Positions 45,301 through 61,755 of a stretch of 64,000 nucleotides of DNA are shown one piece after another. Where the stretch lies: the NCBI RefSeq assembly GCF_009914755.1, contig NC_060934.1. One strand, 5' to 3'. The stretch's first letter is position 1. The number at the start of each line of letters is the position of its first letter. Below the pieces are notes generated by a model that was not told where the DNA came from, searched no databases, and worked only from the letters and a program-made list of their open reading frames with translations. The position numbers were made by a program, and so were the translations under genes. Source of the stretch: the human T2T-CHM13v2.0 reference genome, Homo sapiens.

Positions 45301-47570
45301 TTATTATTTTTTTCAAAAAACACCTGCTGGATTCGTTGATCTTTTGAAGAGTTTTTCGTGCCTCTGTCTCCTTCAATTCCACCTTGATCTTGGTTATTTC
45401 TTGTCTTCTGCTAGCTTTGGGTTTTTTTTCCTCTTGGTTCTCTAGTTCTTTTAGTTTGATGTTAGGATGTCAATTTGAGATCTTTTGAGCTTTTCGATGT
45501 GGGGATTTAGTGCTACAAATTTCCCTCTTAACACTGCTTTAGCTGTGTCCCAGAGATTCTGGTACATTGTCCCTTTGTTCTCATTGGTTTCAAATAACTT
45601 CATTTCTACCTTAATTTAATTATTTACCCAGGAATCATTCAGAAGCAGGTTGTTCAATTTCCATGTAGTTGTGTGGTTTTGAGTAAGTTTCTTAATCTTG
45701 AGTTCTAGTTTGATTGTGCTGTTGTCTGAGAGACTGTTTGTTTCTTTTGCATTTGCTGAAGAGTGTTTTACTTCCAATTATGTGATCAATTTTAGAGTTA
45801 GTACCATGTGGTGCCAAGAAGAATGTATATTCTTTTGTTTTGCAGCATACAGTTCTACAGATATCTATCAGGTCCAGTTGATCCAGAGCTAAGTTCAAGT
45901 CCTGAATATCCTTGTTTATTTTCTGTCTCAATGATCTGTGTAATATTGACAGTTGGGTGTTAAAGTCTTCCACTATTATTGTGTGGAAGTAAAAGTCTCT
46001 TTGTAGGTCTCTAAGATCTTGTTTTATGAATCTGGGAGCTCCTGTATTGGGTACATATATATTTAGAAAGTTAGCTCTTCTTGTTGAATTGACCCCTTTA
46101 CCATTATGTAATGCCCTTCTTTGTCTTTTTTGATCTTTGTTGGTTTAAAGTGTGTTTTGCCAGAAACTAGGATTGCAACCCCTGCTTTTGTCTGCCTTCC
46201 ATTTGCTTGGTAAATTTCCCTCCATACTTTATTTTGAGGCTATGTGTATCTTTCGATGTGAGATGGATCTCTTGAATGCAGCACACCGATGGGTCTTGAC
46301 TCTATATCCATCTTGCCATTCTGTGTCTTTTAACTGGGGCATTTAGCTGATTTATATTTAAAGTTAATATTGTTATATGTGAATGTGATCCTGTCATCAT
46401 GATGCTAGCTGGTTCTTTTGCAGACTTGTTGATGTAGTTGCTTCATAGTGTCATTGGTCTTTGTACTTCAGTGTGTTTTTGTAGTGGCTGGTAACAGTTT
46501 TTCCTTTCCATATTTAGTTCTTCCTTCAGGAGCACTTGGAAGGCAGGCCTGGTGGTGATGAATTCCCTCAGCATTTGCTTGCCTGAAAAGGATTTTATTA
46601 ATATTTCTCTTTTGCTTATGAAGCTTAATTTGGCCAGATATGAAATTCTGGGTTGGAAATTATTGTCTTTAAGAATGTTAAATATTGGCCTCCCGATATC
46701 TTTTGGCTTGCAGGGTTTCTGCTGAGAGGTCTGCTGTTAGTCTGATGGGCTTCTCTTTGTAGATGACCTGGCCTTTCTCTCTGACTGCCCTTAACATTTT
46801 TTTCCTTCATTTTGACCTTGGAGAATCTGATTATGTGTCTTGGGGTTGGTCTTCTTCTGGAGTATCTTACTGAGGTTCTCTTGATTTCCTGAATTTGAAT
46901 GTTGAATTTGAATGTTGGTCTGTCTTGCTAGGTTCGGGAAGTTCTCCTGGATGATATCGTGAAGTATGTTTTCCAACCTGGTTCCATTTTCCTCATCTCT
47001 TTCAGGTACCCCAATCAGTCATGGGTTCGGTCTTTTTGCATAATCACATAGTTCTCTGAGGTTTTGTTCATTCCTTTTTATTCTTTTTTCTCTCATCATG
47101 TCTGCCTGTCTTATTTCAGCAAGATAGTCTTTACGCTCTGAAATTCTTTACTCTGCTTGGTCAGTTTGGCTATTGATATTTGCGATTGCATTGTGACATT
47201 CTTGTGTTGTGTTTTTTCTGCACCATCAGGTTATTTATGCTTGCCTCAAACCTGGTTATTCTGGTTAACGCCTCCTGTAATGTTTTATCATGGTTCTTAG
47301 CTTCTTTGCATTGGGTTAGAACATGCTCCTTTAGCTCAACAAAGTCCATTATTACCCACCTTCTGAAACCGACTTCTGTCAGTTCATCCATCTCAGCCTC
47401 AGCCCAGTTCTGTGCCCTTGCTAGAGAGGTGTTGTGATCATTTGGAGGAAAAGAGGCACTCTGGGTTTTTGAGTTTTCTGCATTTTTTCGTTGATTCTTT
47501 CTCATCTTCATGACTTTCTCTATCTTTTGTCTTTAAGGCTACTGACCTTTGGATGGGGTTTTTGTGGGGG
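42388..47570 (-). mobile_element. ~5.2-kb L1PA (L1PA8-10-like), truncated in the 5'UTR; ORF1 and ORF2 disrupted
   Basis: Minus-strand ORF1 N-terminus (MRKNQRKNAENSK..., 47170-47511), fragmented EN/RT/C-terminal peptides and 3'UTR. A deletion near 44330 hits the FADD motif. TSD AATGTCACT(G/T)TTTT at 42374-42387 and 47571-47584. Confidence 0.96.
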
Positions 47571-47578
47571 AATGTCAC

Positions 47579-47719
47579 TTTTTTTTTTTTTTTTGAGACA
47601 GAGTCTTGCTGTTTCCAGGCTGGATTGCAATGGCACAGTCTCAGCTCACTGCTACCTCTGTCTCCCCACATTAGCTGTAGCTGAGACTACAGGCATGCAC
47701 CACCACACCCAGCTAATTT
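47579..47719 (-). mobile_element. Alu right-monomer fragment with an internal deletion
   Basis: T tract, gagacagagtcttgct...gctcactgc, then gtagctgagactacaggcatgcaccaccacacccagctaattt. Confidence 0.85.
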
Positions 47720-48729
47720 CTGGGATACCAACATTTTATGGAATAACTATATCTCTGTGTTAGTACTTTATTTTACTTCAGACTTATTAGAACAATTATA
47801 AATAAATAAAACTTTTTGTTTTTTACTTTAGACTTATTAGGACAATTCAAGTTGATTAAAAGTAATCAACTTGAGTAAACCCTCTGCCAGTTCCTACCAA
47901 ATTAATCGTGAACCCATGCTTAGAAAACGTGAGGTTCCTCATTTGTTTTCTCTGACAATGAGACAAATGAGCTGAGATGGGCACACAATGACAATAAGGG
48001 TGGGAGGAGTTTTTGTTCCAGGTGTTAGTGAGTAATGAATGGGTGTTACCAGGCACACTCAGAAATAAGTTATTTCAAAAACTCCTTCGTTATAACCTAC
48101 TAATAGCAAAAGACCTGTTAGAATTTAAGAAAGATTTGATTAGGTTGGCTGTGGCTGAAAGCGTCCAATTATATTTTATTTTTTCCTTTCTCCTCTTCAT
48201 GTTAAGAAAACAGGCTCTTATGCATGAATGGAGCGGGATGTTTATCTCTCTCTTTCAGGTGGGCTCTGCCTAATATTTATAAATATTATGAAAGATGCCA
48301 GAGCTAATTAGATGTGGAAGAAATTAGTCCAAGCAAATTAATCGCTGCTACTCAATGTGGAATTTTAGCGCTTTGTGGCTCAGAGATTATTTAGTGGCTT
48401 CTCTTGCTTTCTCATTTTGTTGCGATATAATTCACCCATGACAATGAGAATAGCTTGCTGAGGATTACCTCAATTTCCCCTTCTGCTGACAGAGGCTCAG
48501 CATATGGCCCAGAAAACACTCGATCTGAGCTGCAGCTTTCAAGTTAAGTTGGAAGAGCAGTACTTTCTCCCGCCTGGAGCCCTTCTGATGGGATAGAAAC
48601 CTCATCTGGGCATGGGGAAAAGTCATGTACATGGCAGGCCCTGAGCATCTTCAGCACCTGCTGATTCTTCCCTTTCCTGTGTAACAGGATCAAAAGCCTC
48701 CAGCCTACTGAGACATCAAAATGGGTTGA

Positions 48730-48870
48730 GGCTGGGCACAGTGGCTGACTCCTGTAATCTCAGCACTTTGGGAGGCCGAGGCAGGCAGATCACTTGAGGC
48801 CACGTAGTTCAAGACCAGCCTGGCCAATATGGGGAAACCCCATCTCTACCGAAAAAAAAAAAAAGAAAGA
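48730..48870 (+). mobile_element. Alu left monomer
   Basis: Single monomer followed by an A tract. Confidence 0.9.
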
Positions 48871-49109
48871 AGTTTTCAAAATGGCAGAATTGGTAAGCCA
48901 TGAAAACAGAAACTATGGCAGTCACTTTTTACTCTTTCTAAGTCTTAACCAAATGCTCACAATGGGATCGGAGCCTGCCTTTGTTAGATCCAGCTCCCTG
49001 GCAGGCCAAGCTGTTAGGGAATGTGGTCCTAAGGTCAGCGGGGAAAAGCCACAACCAGAATTTATAGCAGAAAGCTGAAGATTGTGTAGCAAATAGCTTG
49101 GCATAGCAC

Positions 49110-49290
49110 TTTACAGTCTACAATGTATTTTCATGTGCATCGTAATATTTAATTCTCATACACATTCTGAGAGTGACACTTACTGCAGTTCGTAAATAGG
49201 AAACTGAATCTGCCTGACTCTCCCAAAGCCACATAGCTAGAAAGCAGCAGAGTCTAGCTTGAACTCCAGGTGCCCTGAGTCCTGCATTCC
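49110..49290 (-). mobile_element. MIR
   Basis: tttaattctcat...ggaaactgaa...cccaaagccacatagctagaaagcagcagag...tgaactccagg. Confidence 0.75.
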
Positions 49291-49474
49291 TTTCTCTTTC
49301 CAGAATCACAGCTGCCTGTCTATATCTTGAGATGTTTGCAGGATGAGGCTTAATGTGATAAACGGACATTTTCAGACCTTTACAGCCAGAAATTTATTAT
49401 GTTATGAGAGTGTTGCTCTCATAACAGATAAAAATTGTAAAGTTAATTAGCATTACAAATGATTTTTTATACAT

Positions 49475-49857
49475 TCTTTTATTTATTTATTTATTTTACT
49501 TTAAGTTCTGGGATACACGTGCAGAACGTGCAGGATTGCTACATAGGTATACATGTGCTGTGGTGGTTTGCTGCACATATCAACCCATCATCTGGGTTTC
49601 AAGCCCAGCATGCATTAGGTATTTGTCCTAATGCTCTCCCTCCCCTTGTCCCTCACCCCCCAGCAGGCCCCGGTGTGTGATGTTCCCCTCCCTGTGTCCA
49701 TGTGTTCTCATTGTTCAGCTCCCACTTATGAGTGAGAACATGCAATGTTTGGTTTTCTGTTCCTGTGTTCCTGTGTTAGTTTGCTGAGGATGATGGTTTC
49801 CGGCTTCATCCACGTTCCTGCAAAGGACATGAACTCATTCTTTTTTATGTCTGCATA
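49475..49857 (-). mobile_element. L1PA7/8-like 3' end
   Basis: 3'UTR (ttcaagcccagcatgcattaggtatttgtcctaatgctctccctcccctt) plus the last ORF2 codons. Confidence 0.93.
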
Positions 49858-50192
49858 TTTTAACTTTAGTGAAGCAAAACCGTATAGTCAACAGAGCCAA
49901 AGTTGAAAATCTCCATCAGATTGCACCCTTTGGTGATTTACAGCGCCATCTCTCTGTGACTTCATCTTCTCCACTGTGAAATGAGGAAATAATTCTGACT
50001 TTGTAACATTATCATATTATTAAAAAATCGAGAAAGCATTTAGAATCTTGTCTAGCACATAACAAGTGCTCAATAAATATTTCTTATTGGGTGGGCTTTA
50101 TATAATTTCTAAAGCATGTAATATAAATGGAGAGCGACACCATCACCTTTCAACATGATAGACATGAGTTGCTACAAAAAATACCTGCTAAT

Positions 50193-50495
<303 letters not shown>

Positions 50496-51199
50496 ACCTG
50501 CTAAAAAGAAAAACAAGCCTATGTACTGTGAAACAAAATTATAAATCGAATCTGGAATATATTCCAAACATACTGCTTCTGAAGGAATTTTTCTTCCACA
50601 TCCTTTAAAACTACAAAATTAGAGACTGAGCATGGTATGGAATCAGTATACTATGATACAGAATTAGTAAATCTGCAGGTTAGTGTAGGATCCTATTAAC
50701 AACTCATATTTGGATATATCTCTCCAGAAAAAATCAGTTATAGGATTTCTATATACTTGGATAACCAATTTTTTCAAAGCACAGATACAGTATACATATA
50801 TAAACACTTCCTTCCTTGGAATAAATATAATTTAATATATCACATGGTCCATAAATGCCCAGGTGAGATTGCACATTTTTTACTTTCTAGGTCTGGAAAA
50901 ATAAAGATTCATGAAGCAATTTTTTCATGCTCTCTTTAAGAACTTTTCTTTATCTTTCTTCTATTTTATTTTCTATTTTGCATCTTAGTTATTTTTACAT
51001 GTATTTTTCATTTTCTTTCTAAGTTCATACTTCTACCAATTCCCCAGCCGTGGCTTGTCCATCTTTATATCCTCAACATATCTGGTAGAGTATCTTGTAC
51101 ATAGTAGATGTTCAATAAATATTTTATGAACACAGGATTATTGATTTAATGAGAACAGCTGTAGGGAGAAAAATGGAGAAGTAGAAGCATTAAAGTTTG

Positions 51200-52550
51200 T
51201 GTGTAGATGTGTGTGTGTGCTAGTAATCGAAGACCCAATTCAAACTGGCTCAAATGATACAGGAATTTATTGACTTATACAACTGAAAGTCTACATGCAG
51301 AGCAGGCTTGGAACATGAACTGATGGAAAAGTTTGCAATGCCATCAAAGTTATTTTGCTGTTTCTCAATGACTTTGAAGGCTCTGTCTTCCTATCAATTG
51401 ATTTTATCCCTAGGCTGCTTATTATAGCAGCCTAGCAGATGAGTACCTGACCTTAAGAAAGCTGGATGCTTCCTGTTTTACATCAGAGTTGGGGAGAATA
51501 GGTCTCTTACCACAATTATCCATTGAAATGTACCCTTTTGTGACAGAATTCTTACTGGACAAACTTACATCCATGTCTATCTGTGAACCAATCTCATGGA
51601 TTAGCAATGCCGTGCGGTGATAGGTGTGGTTCTGAGCCCAATTACAGCAAGAAAAATGGCATGGCCCTAGGAATTGGGTTGAGGGTCCAATTCTGTTAGC
51701 AATGGAGAGTATCTGAGTCGTGCAGCACCTAAGTATGTTACTGTAGGCAGTGAATTCTTATGGGTCTGCAGCAACCTCCATTCTTGCCTTCTCAGAAGAA
51801 AGAGTTCCACCGAGGGGCATAAGACAGAGGAAAGACACAGGCAAGTTTTAGAGCAGGAGTGAAAATTTATTAAAAAGCTTTAGAACAGGAATGAAAAAGG
51901 AGTAAAGTACACTTGGAAGAGGGCCAAGAGGGAAACTTGAGCGATCAAGAGCACATTTTGACGTTTGACTTGGAGTTTTACATGTTGGCATACTTCCAGG
52001 GTCTTGCATCCCTTCTCCCCTGATTCTTCCCTTGGGATGGGCTGTCTGCATGTGTGGGGGCCCACTGATGCTTGGGAGTGGCCGTGCGTGGCGTGTTTGC
52101 TGCAGTTGTGCGCATGCTCACTCGAGGCGTTCTTCCCTTACCAGTCCAACATCCCTAGAGGAAGGTCATATACCAGTTAAACTCTGCCGTTTTGCTTCCT
52201 AGTGTGCACGTGTGAGCCCATTTGCTCAACTCCTGAGATCTTATTAGGAAGCTGCTGATCTCCAGTTTCAGGTGTTTCTATCCAATGGGAGACTGCCTTT
52301 CTCTTGCTCCGGCTGTGGCCAATTATTATTTTAGAGAGGCAGCTTAACAACTGCCTAACCATCACCTGATGGTCACCTGGCATTTCTGGTGGAGGGGTGC
52401 CTTCTCCTGCCCTGTTGATATCTGACTAGCGACCTACTGTGACAATCCCAACCAAATCGTGGAAATGCTATACAATTTGTGGAGGGTAGGGAGTGAGGAT
52501 GGAAGCCTAAATGAATTTGAAGGCGGCAACCACAGCATGTGCAACATACA
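51200..52550 (-). mobile_element. Old MaLR LTR (MLT1K-like), split by MER50
   Basis: acccaattcaaactggctcaaa...ggaatttattgacttatacaactgaaa and ctgtgaaccaatc motifs; resumes after 52444. Confidence 0.6.
51694..52444 (-). mobile_element. MER50 solo LTR (ERV1)
   Basis: gggtctgcagcaacctc...gaggggcataag...gcaagttttagagcaggagtgaaa...ccatcacctgatggtc; TG...CA ends; 4-bp flanks ATTC/ATCC. Confidence 0.88.
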
Positions 52551-53611
52551 TTGGGTAATAGTTTAAACTTCCAGAGTTCAAAAAATAAGGCTGAAATGCC
52601 GCAGTGTTACAGTCACACTTACTAGACACACAAAAGAAGTAGTAAAATGTAGAGCCCCATAAAAGCTCAAAATACATCAGGTCCTCCTGGGATGCTTTTT
52701 ACTTGTGAGTGCTCTTTGAAAAAAAAAAAATAATAACGAGTGGATTTTTTTCCCTCCTATTAAGCTTAATTGTTAATTTTATGAGTAAAACTGATTCTAA
52801 TAATTTCCTATAATAAGATGGCCAAAGTAATTACATCGTATCTAACATTTTTTTTCTTCTTGACGTTAAAACAAACAAGCATTCTAATTTAGACTGATGT
52901 GTCTTAGTACAAGTATTATTTAATATTTATGGTCTTTATGGATCTTTTTGGATTACACAAGGGGCAGAATCATATTTGCATTCAGCCTTGTGTAGTCATG
53001 AAATAGCAAAGAGATTACCTGCAAAGGGCTCTTCTAGTCCTTAAGTAATTGTCAAGCTCATAAGGTGAATCTCATTGTGCTATTCCTTTAAGATCCTTCT
53101 TTCTGGACTCAGACAATGGTTCAGCATTTCCCATACCCACCCACCAACCCACTTAGCCACTCAGCTTCCCACAGCTGTGCCTAAAATATCCCCACTTGCA
53201 CTGGTTTTCTCTGGTTGGTGTCAGCCTAGCCTAAACCCACTGAATTACCTTCACAGAGCTTATCCACTTTCCTTGTCCTATTTCTCTCTATAGGAGCCTT
53301 CACCCTTTACCCCAACCAACTATAAAAATACCCAACACACCACTTAAAAACAAATACTTGCTTTATCCCTTCAGGATTAGACATTTTCTCGTTTTTCATT
53401 TGTTATACAAATCTTACTGATTTACTATTGAGAAAGTTGGTACAAAACTAATTTCGCTTTTGGCCATTCCTTTTAGAGACAATGACTGAAATAACTTTTG
53501 CACCAATCTAATAAATAGATGAGGAAGATAGCTAAGCTTCCCTACCCAGATTCCATGTGAAAAATAATGGAGAAAATCACTGTAACATTTTCTTTGTAAA
53601 ACACCTTAATT

Positions 53612-53975
53612 ATTATTATTTATTTTTTTAATGTTATGTTATGTTATGTTATGTTATGTTATGTTATGTTATGTTATGTTATGTTATTTTTGGAGAAGGA
53701 GTCTCACTGTGTTGCCCAGGCTGGAGCGCAGTGGAGTGATCTCGAGTCACTGCAAACTCCGCCTCCCAGGTTCAAGCAGTTCTCCTGCCTCAGCCTCCCA
53801 CGTCGCTGGGATTACAGGCACCCGCCACCACACCCAGCTAATTTTTGTATTTTTAGTAGAGAAGGGGTTTTGCCATGTTGGCCAGGCTGGTCTTGGAACT
53901 TCTGATCTCAGACGATGTGCCCGCCTTGGCCTCCCAAAGTGCTGGGATTACAGGCATGAGCCACTGTGCCCGGCC
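53612..53975 (-). mobile_element. AluS with (ATGTT)11 in its tail, inserted in the tail of an AluJ
   Basis: Full dimer; tattattatt on both flanks. Confidence 0.94.
53631..53685. repeat. Perfect (ATGTT)11 pentanucleotide repeat
   Basis: Counted directly. Confidence 0.97.
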
Positions 53976-54265
53976 TATTATTATTATTATCTGAGACAGG
54001 GTCTTGCTCTGTCACCCATGTTGGAATGCAGTGCATAGCTCCCGGCAGCCTCCAACTCTTGGGCTTAAGCAGTTCTCTCACCTTAGTCTCCTTGGTAATT
54101 AGGACTACAGGGGCACACCACCTTGCATGGCTAATTTTTAGAATTTTTGTAAAGAAGGTCTCTCCCTGTTGCCCAGACTGATCTCAAACTCCTGGCCTCA
54201 AGTAATCCTCCCACCTCGGTCTCCCAAAGTGCTGGAATTACAGGCATGAGCCAGCATGCCCAGCC
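53976..54265 (-). mobile_element. AluJ
   Basis: J diagnostics: gacagggtcttgct, gcagcctccaactcttgggct, ctgttgcccag, ctcctggcctcaag. Confidence 0.92.
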
Positions 54266-55152
54266 CTAATGATTCTTAATAGGTAGTTATGGTCAGCTTG
54301 GAAGATAAGGGAGTCCACCAAGCTCTAGTTAGTGCAGACAGGATTTTCTGTTTTCGCTTCCAGCCCACAGTACTCAGGGGGATGGCAGGAGAGAAATTTC
54401 TTTCACTGCTGTTGCTCAAAGAATGGGTGGAACTTCAACACACCGTTCTAGCATGTGATTAACGCTGTTCTCAGCGTGCCATTAGAAGGGTTGGAAACTC
54501 ACCCCTTTCAGGGAGATTTTAAAGAAATCCAGGGATCAGACTGCCACAATTACTTTGAACACTGGATATTCCATGGAGAAGGTTTAGTTTGACAAAGATG
54601 AAAATGCATGTTAAATATTCTCACTTGCTTCTTTCTGCAACCAAGCAAATGTCTCTCCCTTCTCCTCCCCCTCCACCTTTATACACTGGGGTGAAGAGGA
54701 AAGAAGAAGAGGAAAGAAAAGCAACAGCAACAAAAAGTTTGCACTAAAAATATATATTTATGTGTACACATACAAGGAGATAATTTCTAAAAATAAATGT
54801 CTGTGACAGTTATTTGTACAGACATCTGATCTTAAGAAAGTTCATGATACATCGCTGAGAGAAAAATCTAGGTGCAGAGGGAAGAATATGCTTCTATTGC
54901 AGGAAACACACATACAAAACTGATATATAGATACCTCTGTGTGTGTGTGTGTGTATCTGTACGTGTGTGTGTTCTATGAGAAGGTAAAAGTAGTAGGAGG
55001 AGACATACCTTAGTTACCTCGGGAGGATAGAATTGCATATAGGCATGAAGGTTTGTGTTTTAACATACATTTGTGGGTAATTTCCTTGACACTTCAAGCA
55101 TATATTGTTATTAATGTAATAAACATCACGTGACCATTTTACAAGGAAAATT

Positions 55153-55485
55153 TTCTTCACTATAGAACATTTTGCTTCACTATAGAAAAATGCACTCCCT
55201 TTTGGATTTGAGGCAAATGATGGATAAAGTAAAGTAATATTGGATACTGGTGAAAAATGAGTCAATTTTTAAAAGCAAAGAAAGATGTGGAAACCATGTT
55301 TCTACCTTACAAAGTCAACAAGATGAATATTGAAAAAATTATCTTATACAACGATATGAAAATAATACAATTTTATTTTGGTTTTGCTTTGGCTTAACGT
55401 TTTTGGTTTCTTCTCAAAGTTATCCATGTTCCTGGTATGTCATTATTTATTGACATTCATCATTTTATCCCATGACAGTTTTGTG
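55153..55485 (+). repeat. Dispersed copy of 57620-57930, flanked by 17-bp direct repeats
   Basis: About 93% identical by eye to 57620-57930; ATTTTACAAGGAAAATT at 55136-55152 and 55486-55502. Confidence 0.95.
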
Positions 55486-56455
55486 ATTTTACAAGGAAAA
55501 TTGTTATGCAGGAGGGGATAATTTGAGAATTTTAGTGTGGAGATTGCAGTTTTTTCTTCAAGCAGCACCATATCCATTTATAATCAGACTTACTGACTAA
55601 AATTTTTGGAATCATAGATTTCACCATATAAGTTTAAAATCTCAGTAATCTCTACTCCCATTTGAAAATTTACTGAAATCTATTAAAATTTATAGAAGGT
55701 AAATTATCTCGAAAACATGTATAGAAATCATTTTGTTTCAAGATGGCAGGCTGATACACAAGAAAAACTGAAGTGGAAATTTTTGGGGGGTAGTGTATTC
55801 ATTTTTCTCTAAAATCTTTTTTTGTAACAGTTTGTTATGCAAATACACAACAAATAAAGATACGGATAAATCATACTTATTAAATTGAAGTTTTCCTTGG
55901 CCAAAAATAACTAAAATTCAACATATTTTGAAACTGCTTTTGACCCTTACAGTAGTTTATTTCCTATTATTTTCTCATGTTAACCGATAGGATGATATTA
56001 CTTTAATTTGTTCTATAGCATAACTGCTCTGTGGAAAATCAATCAATCAATTAGTAGTATATATTTCCATAGCTATCGGAAGGAAGATCCCTATGAAGAT
56101 TCCAATTCCTTTGTTTTATTTAGAAACATACATAATAAAACTTCTAACACTAGAATGGGCAGGACTTTACAAAGTTCAGAATTGGAGAATATCCTGGGCC
56201 TCTAAATGGGTGACGAGGTTTATTTCTCACCAAATCTTTCTGTTATTTTTATTTTTATAGGCAAACTTCTGTCAATAAGAGAAAATTTTCTATCTTTATT
56301 TTTTGTTTTATCCCTCATTCTATGTGTATTTTCTGTAAAATTAACATAAGAATTATTTCAGTCTAGTTTAACTCTCCATACAACTGTCAAAAGGCCACCA
56401 GTACTCTATTTGTTCATCACCAGGTTCTATATATAAATATAAATATATATACATT

Positions 56456-56545
56456 TAGATAAATAGGCAGTGTAGATAATAGATAGATGGATAGAAGATA
56501 GAATGAAAGAATGATAGGTAGGTAGATAGATAGACAGACAGACAG
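56456..56545. repeat. Degenerate (GATA)n/(GACA)n tract
   Basis: Directly visible. Confidence 0.8.
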
Positions 56546-57619
56546 CATTCATATTCTTTCTCCATATGTCTTAGGTTTCTCCATTATTTTTTTAACTGGT
56601 AATCCAAGACAGTTTTCCACTAAAATTTATCAATAGGCACATTCAAAAGTGTACTATTTGTCTAAGATGATTACTGTAGCCCTGATGCCAGGAAAGTGGC
56701 ACTATCAACATTTAAAGGAATTGAATTAACTCAGAGTGAAAATGTGTCCCCATCTCTAGATCATACCAGTGTGTGCACGTGTGAAAGATTGACAAGTAGG
56801 ATTCACAAGGTCAAATGAGGACTGACAAGGAATGCATCTTAAGGATTGTGAGGGAAAAAAACAAATACCCCAATCTCTCACAATTCTAATTTATTTTAAC
56901 TTGAATTGCAGAAACGTTAAAACAATGAAATTATCTTCATTTCTACTTTTAAAATAATATTTGCTAAAGAAAGAAAGGCATTCTGATAGGCCTCCATGAA
57001 CCTCCACGCTTTTTATATTTAAAGAAGCTGATTGCTTTTGTGAAGGAATTACTTTTGAGCATACAAATTTTCAAATTTAAAAGTGATTAAGTGAAAATTC
57101 AATACATTGTACTGAAGAAGCATTGCTTCTAACACTCAGTTTTTATACACTCATATTCAAAAGCTACGTTTTCATCCTATTTTGTAGCATGTACTGTGAA
57201 GGTGGCAGGAAATTTGACCAAACCCTTCGTAATTTGTATCCTGTTACTGATGTTAAACAAGTGTGTATACATGAACTTTCAGATACTACCAGAAAAATTT
57301 CAATACATTTACTGCTTAGCAATAAACCTTATCCCTTAGAGGCAGAAGGTACTCTTTCATTCGTAACTTTCTCAAGACCATCCGTACCAGTGTTAAAAGT
57401 TTCATCATGTACATCCCTAAATAAAACAAAGGTGATGGAACCCTTGTAAGTGTCTGAGAATTTACTAGTACATCAAATGAGATTATTAACCTGTTTCCAA
57501 ATCTAAACACTTGAAGGATTATCCCTTTGTAATGAGAAATAAATGTGTTCTTTGGTTTGTATTTATGGTAATGTAAAATTTGAATCTGCTCTGTTGGTTT
57601 TCTGAAATGACTTGAATCT

Positions 57620-58260
<641 letters not shown>

Positions 58261-58502
58261 TAAGTGATGCCTTTAGTTGCTAAATGAAATATACCGTAGC
58301 AGAAAAATTTTCTTCAACATTTCCTTTGCTATTTTTTTCTTTCACTCCATATTACATGCAGGAAACTTTAGTGTTTTGCTGCTTTATGGATTTATTTTTC
58401 TGGGCAGAAAAGAGGAGCTACCTAACAAGAATTTCTCTTCTTTTTTTAGTATAAAGCCTGAAGTTTACTTTTCAGATTATATTAGGAGCCTTTTTGAGGG
58501 CG

Positions 58503-60936
<2,434 letters not shown>

Positions 60937-61075
60937 CTATATAAATATATATGAAATATTTATATATGACATTATCCACCGACTAAAAAGAGATGAGGGG
61001 CTAGATTTGCCATTACTGGTGGTGCCTGGGGAAGATAGCAGAACGGCAAAGGAAATTATTTCTTTGCTTACGCAG

Positions 61076-61755
<680 letters not shown>

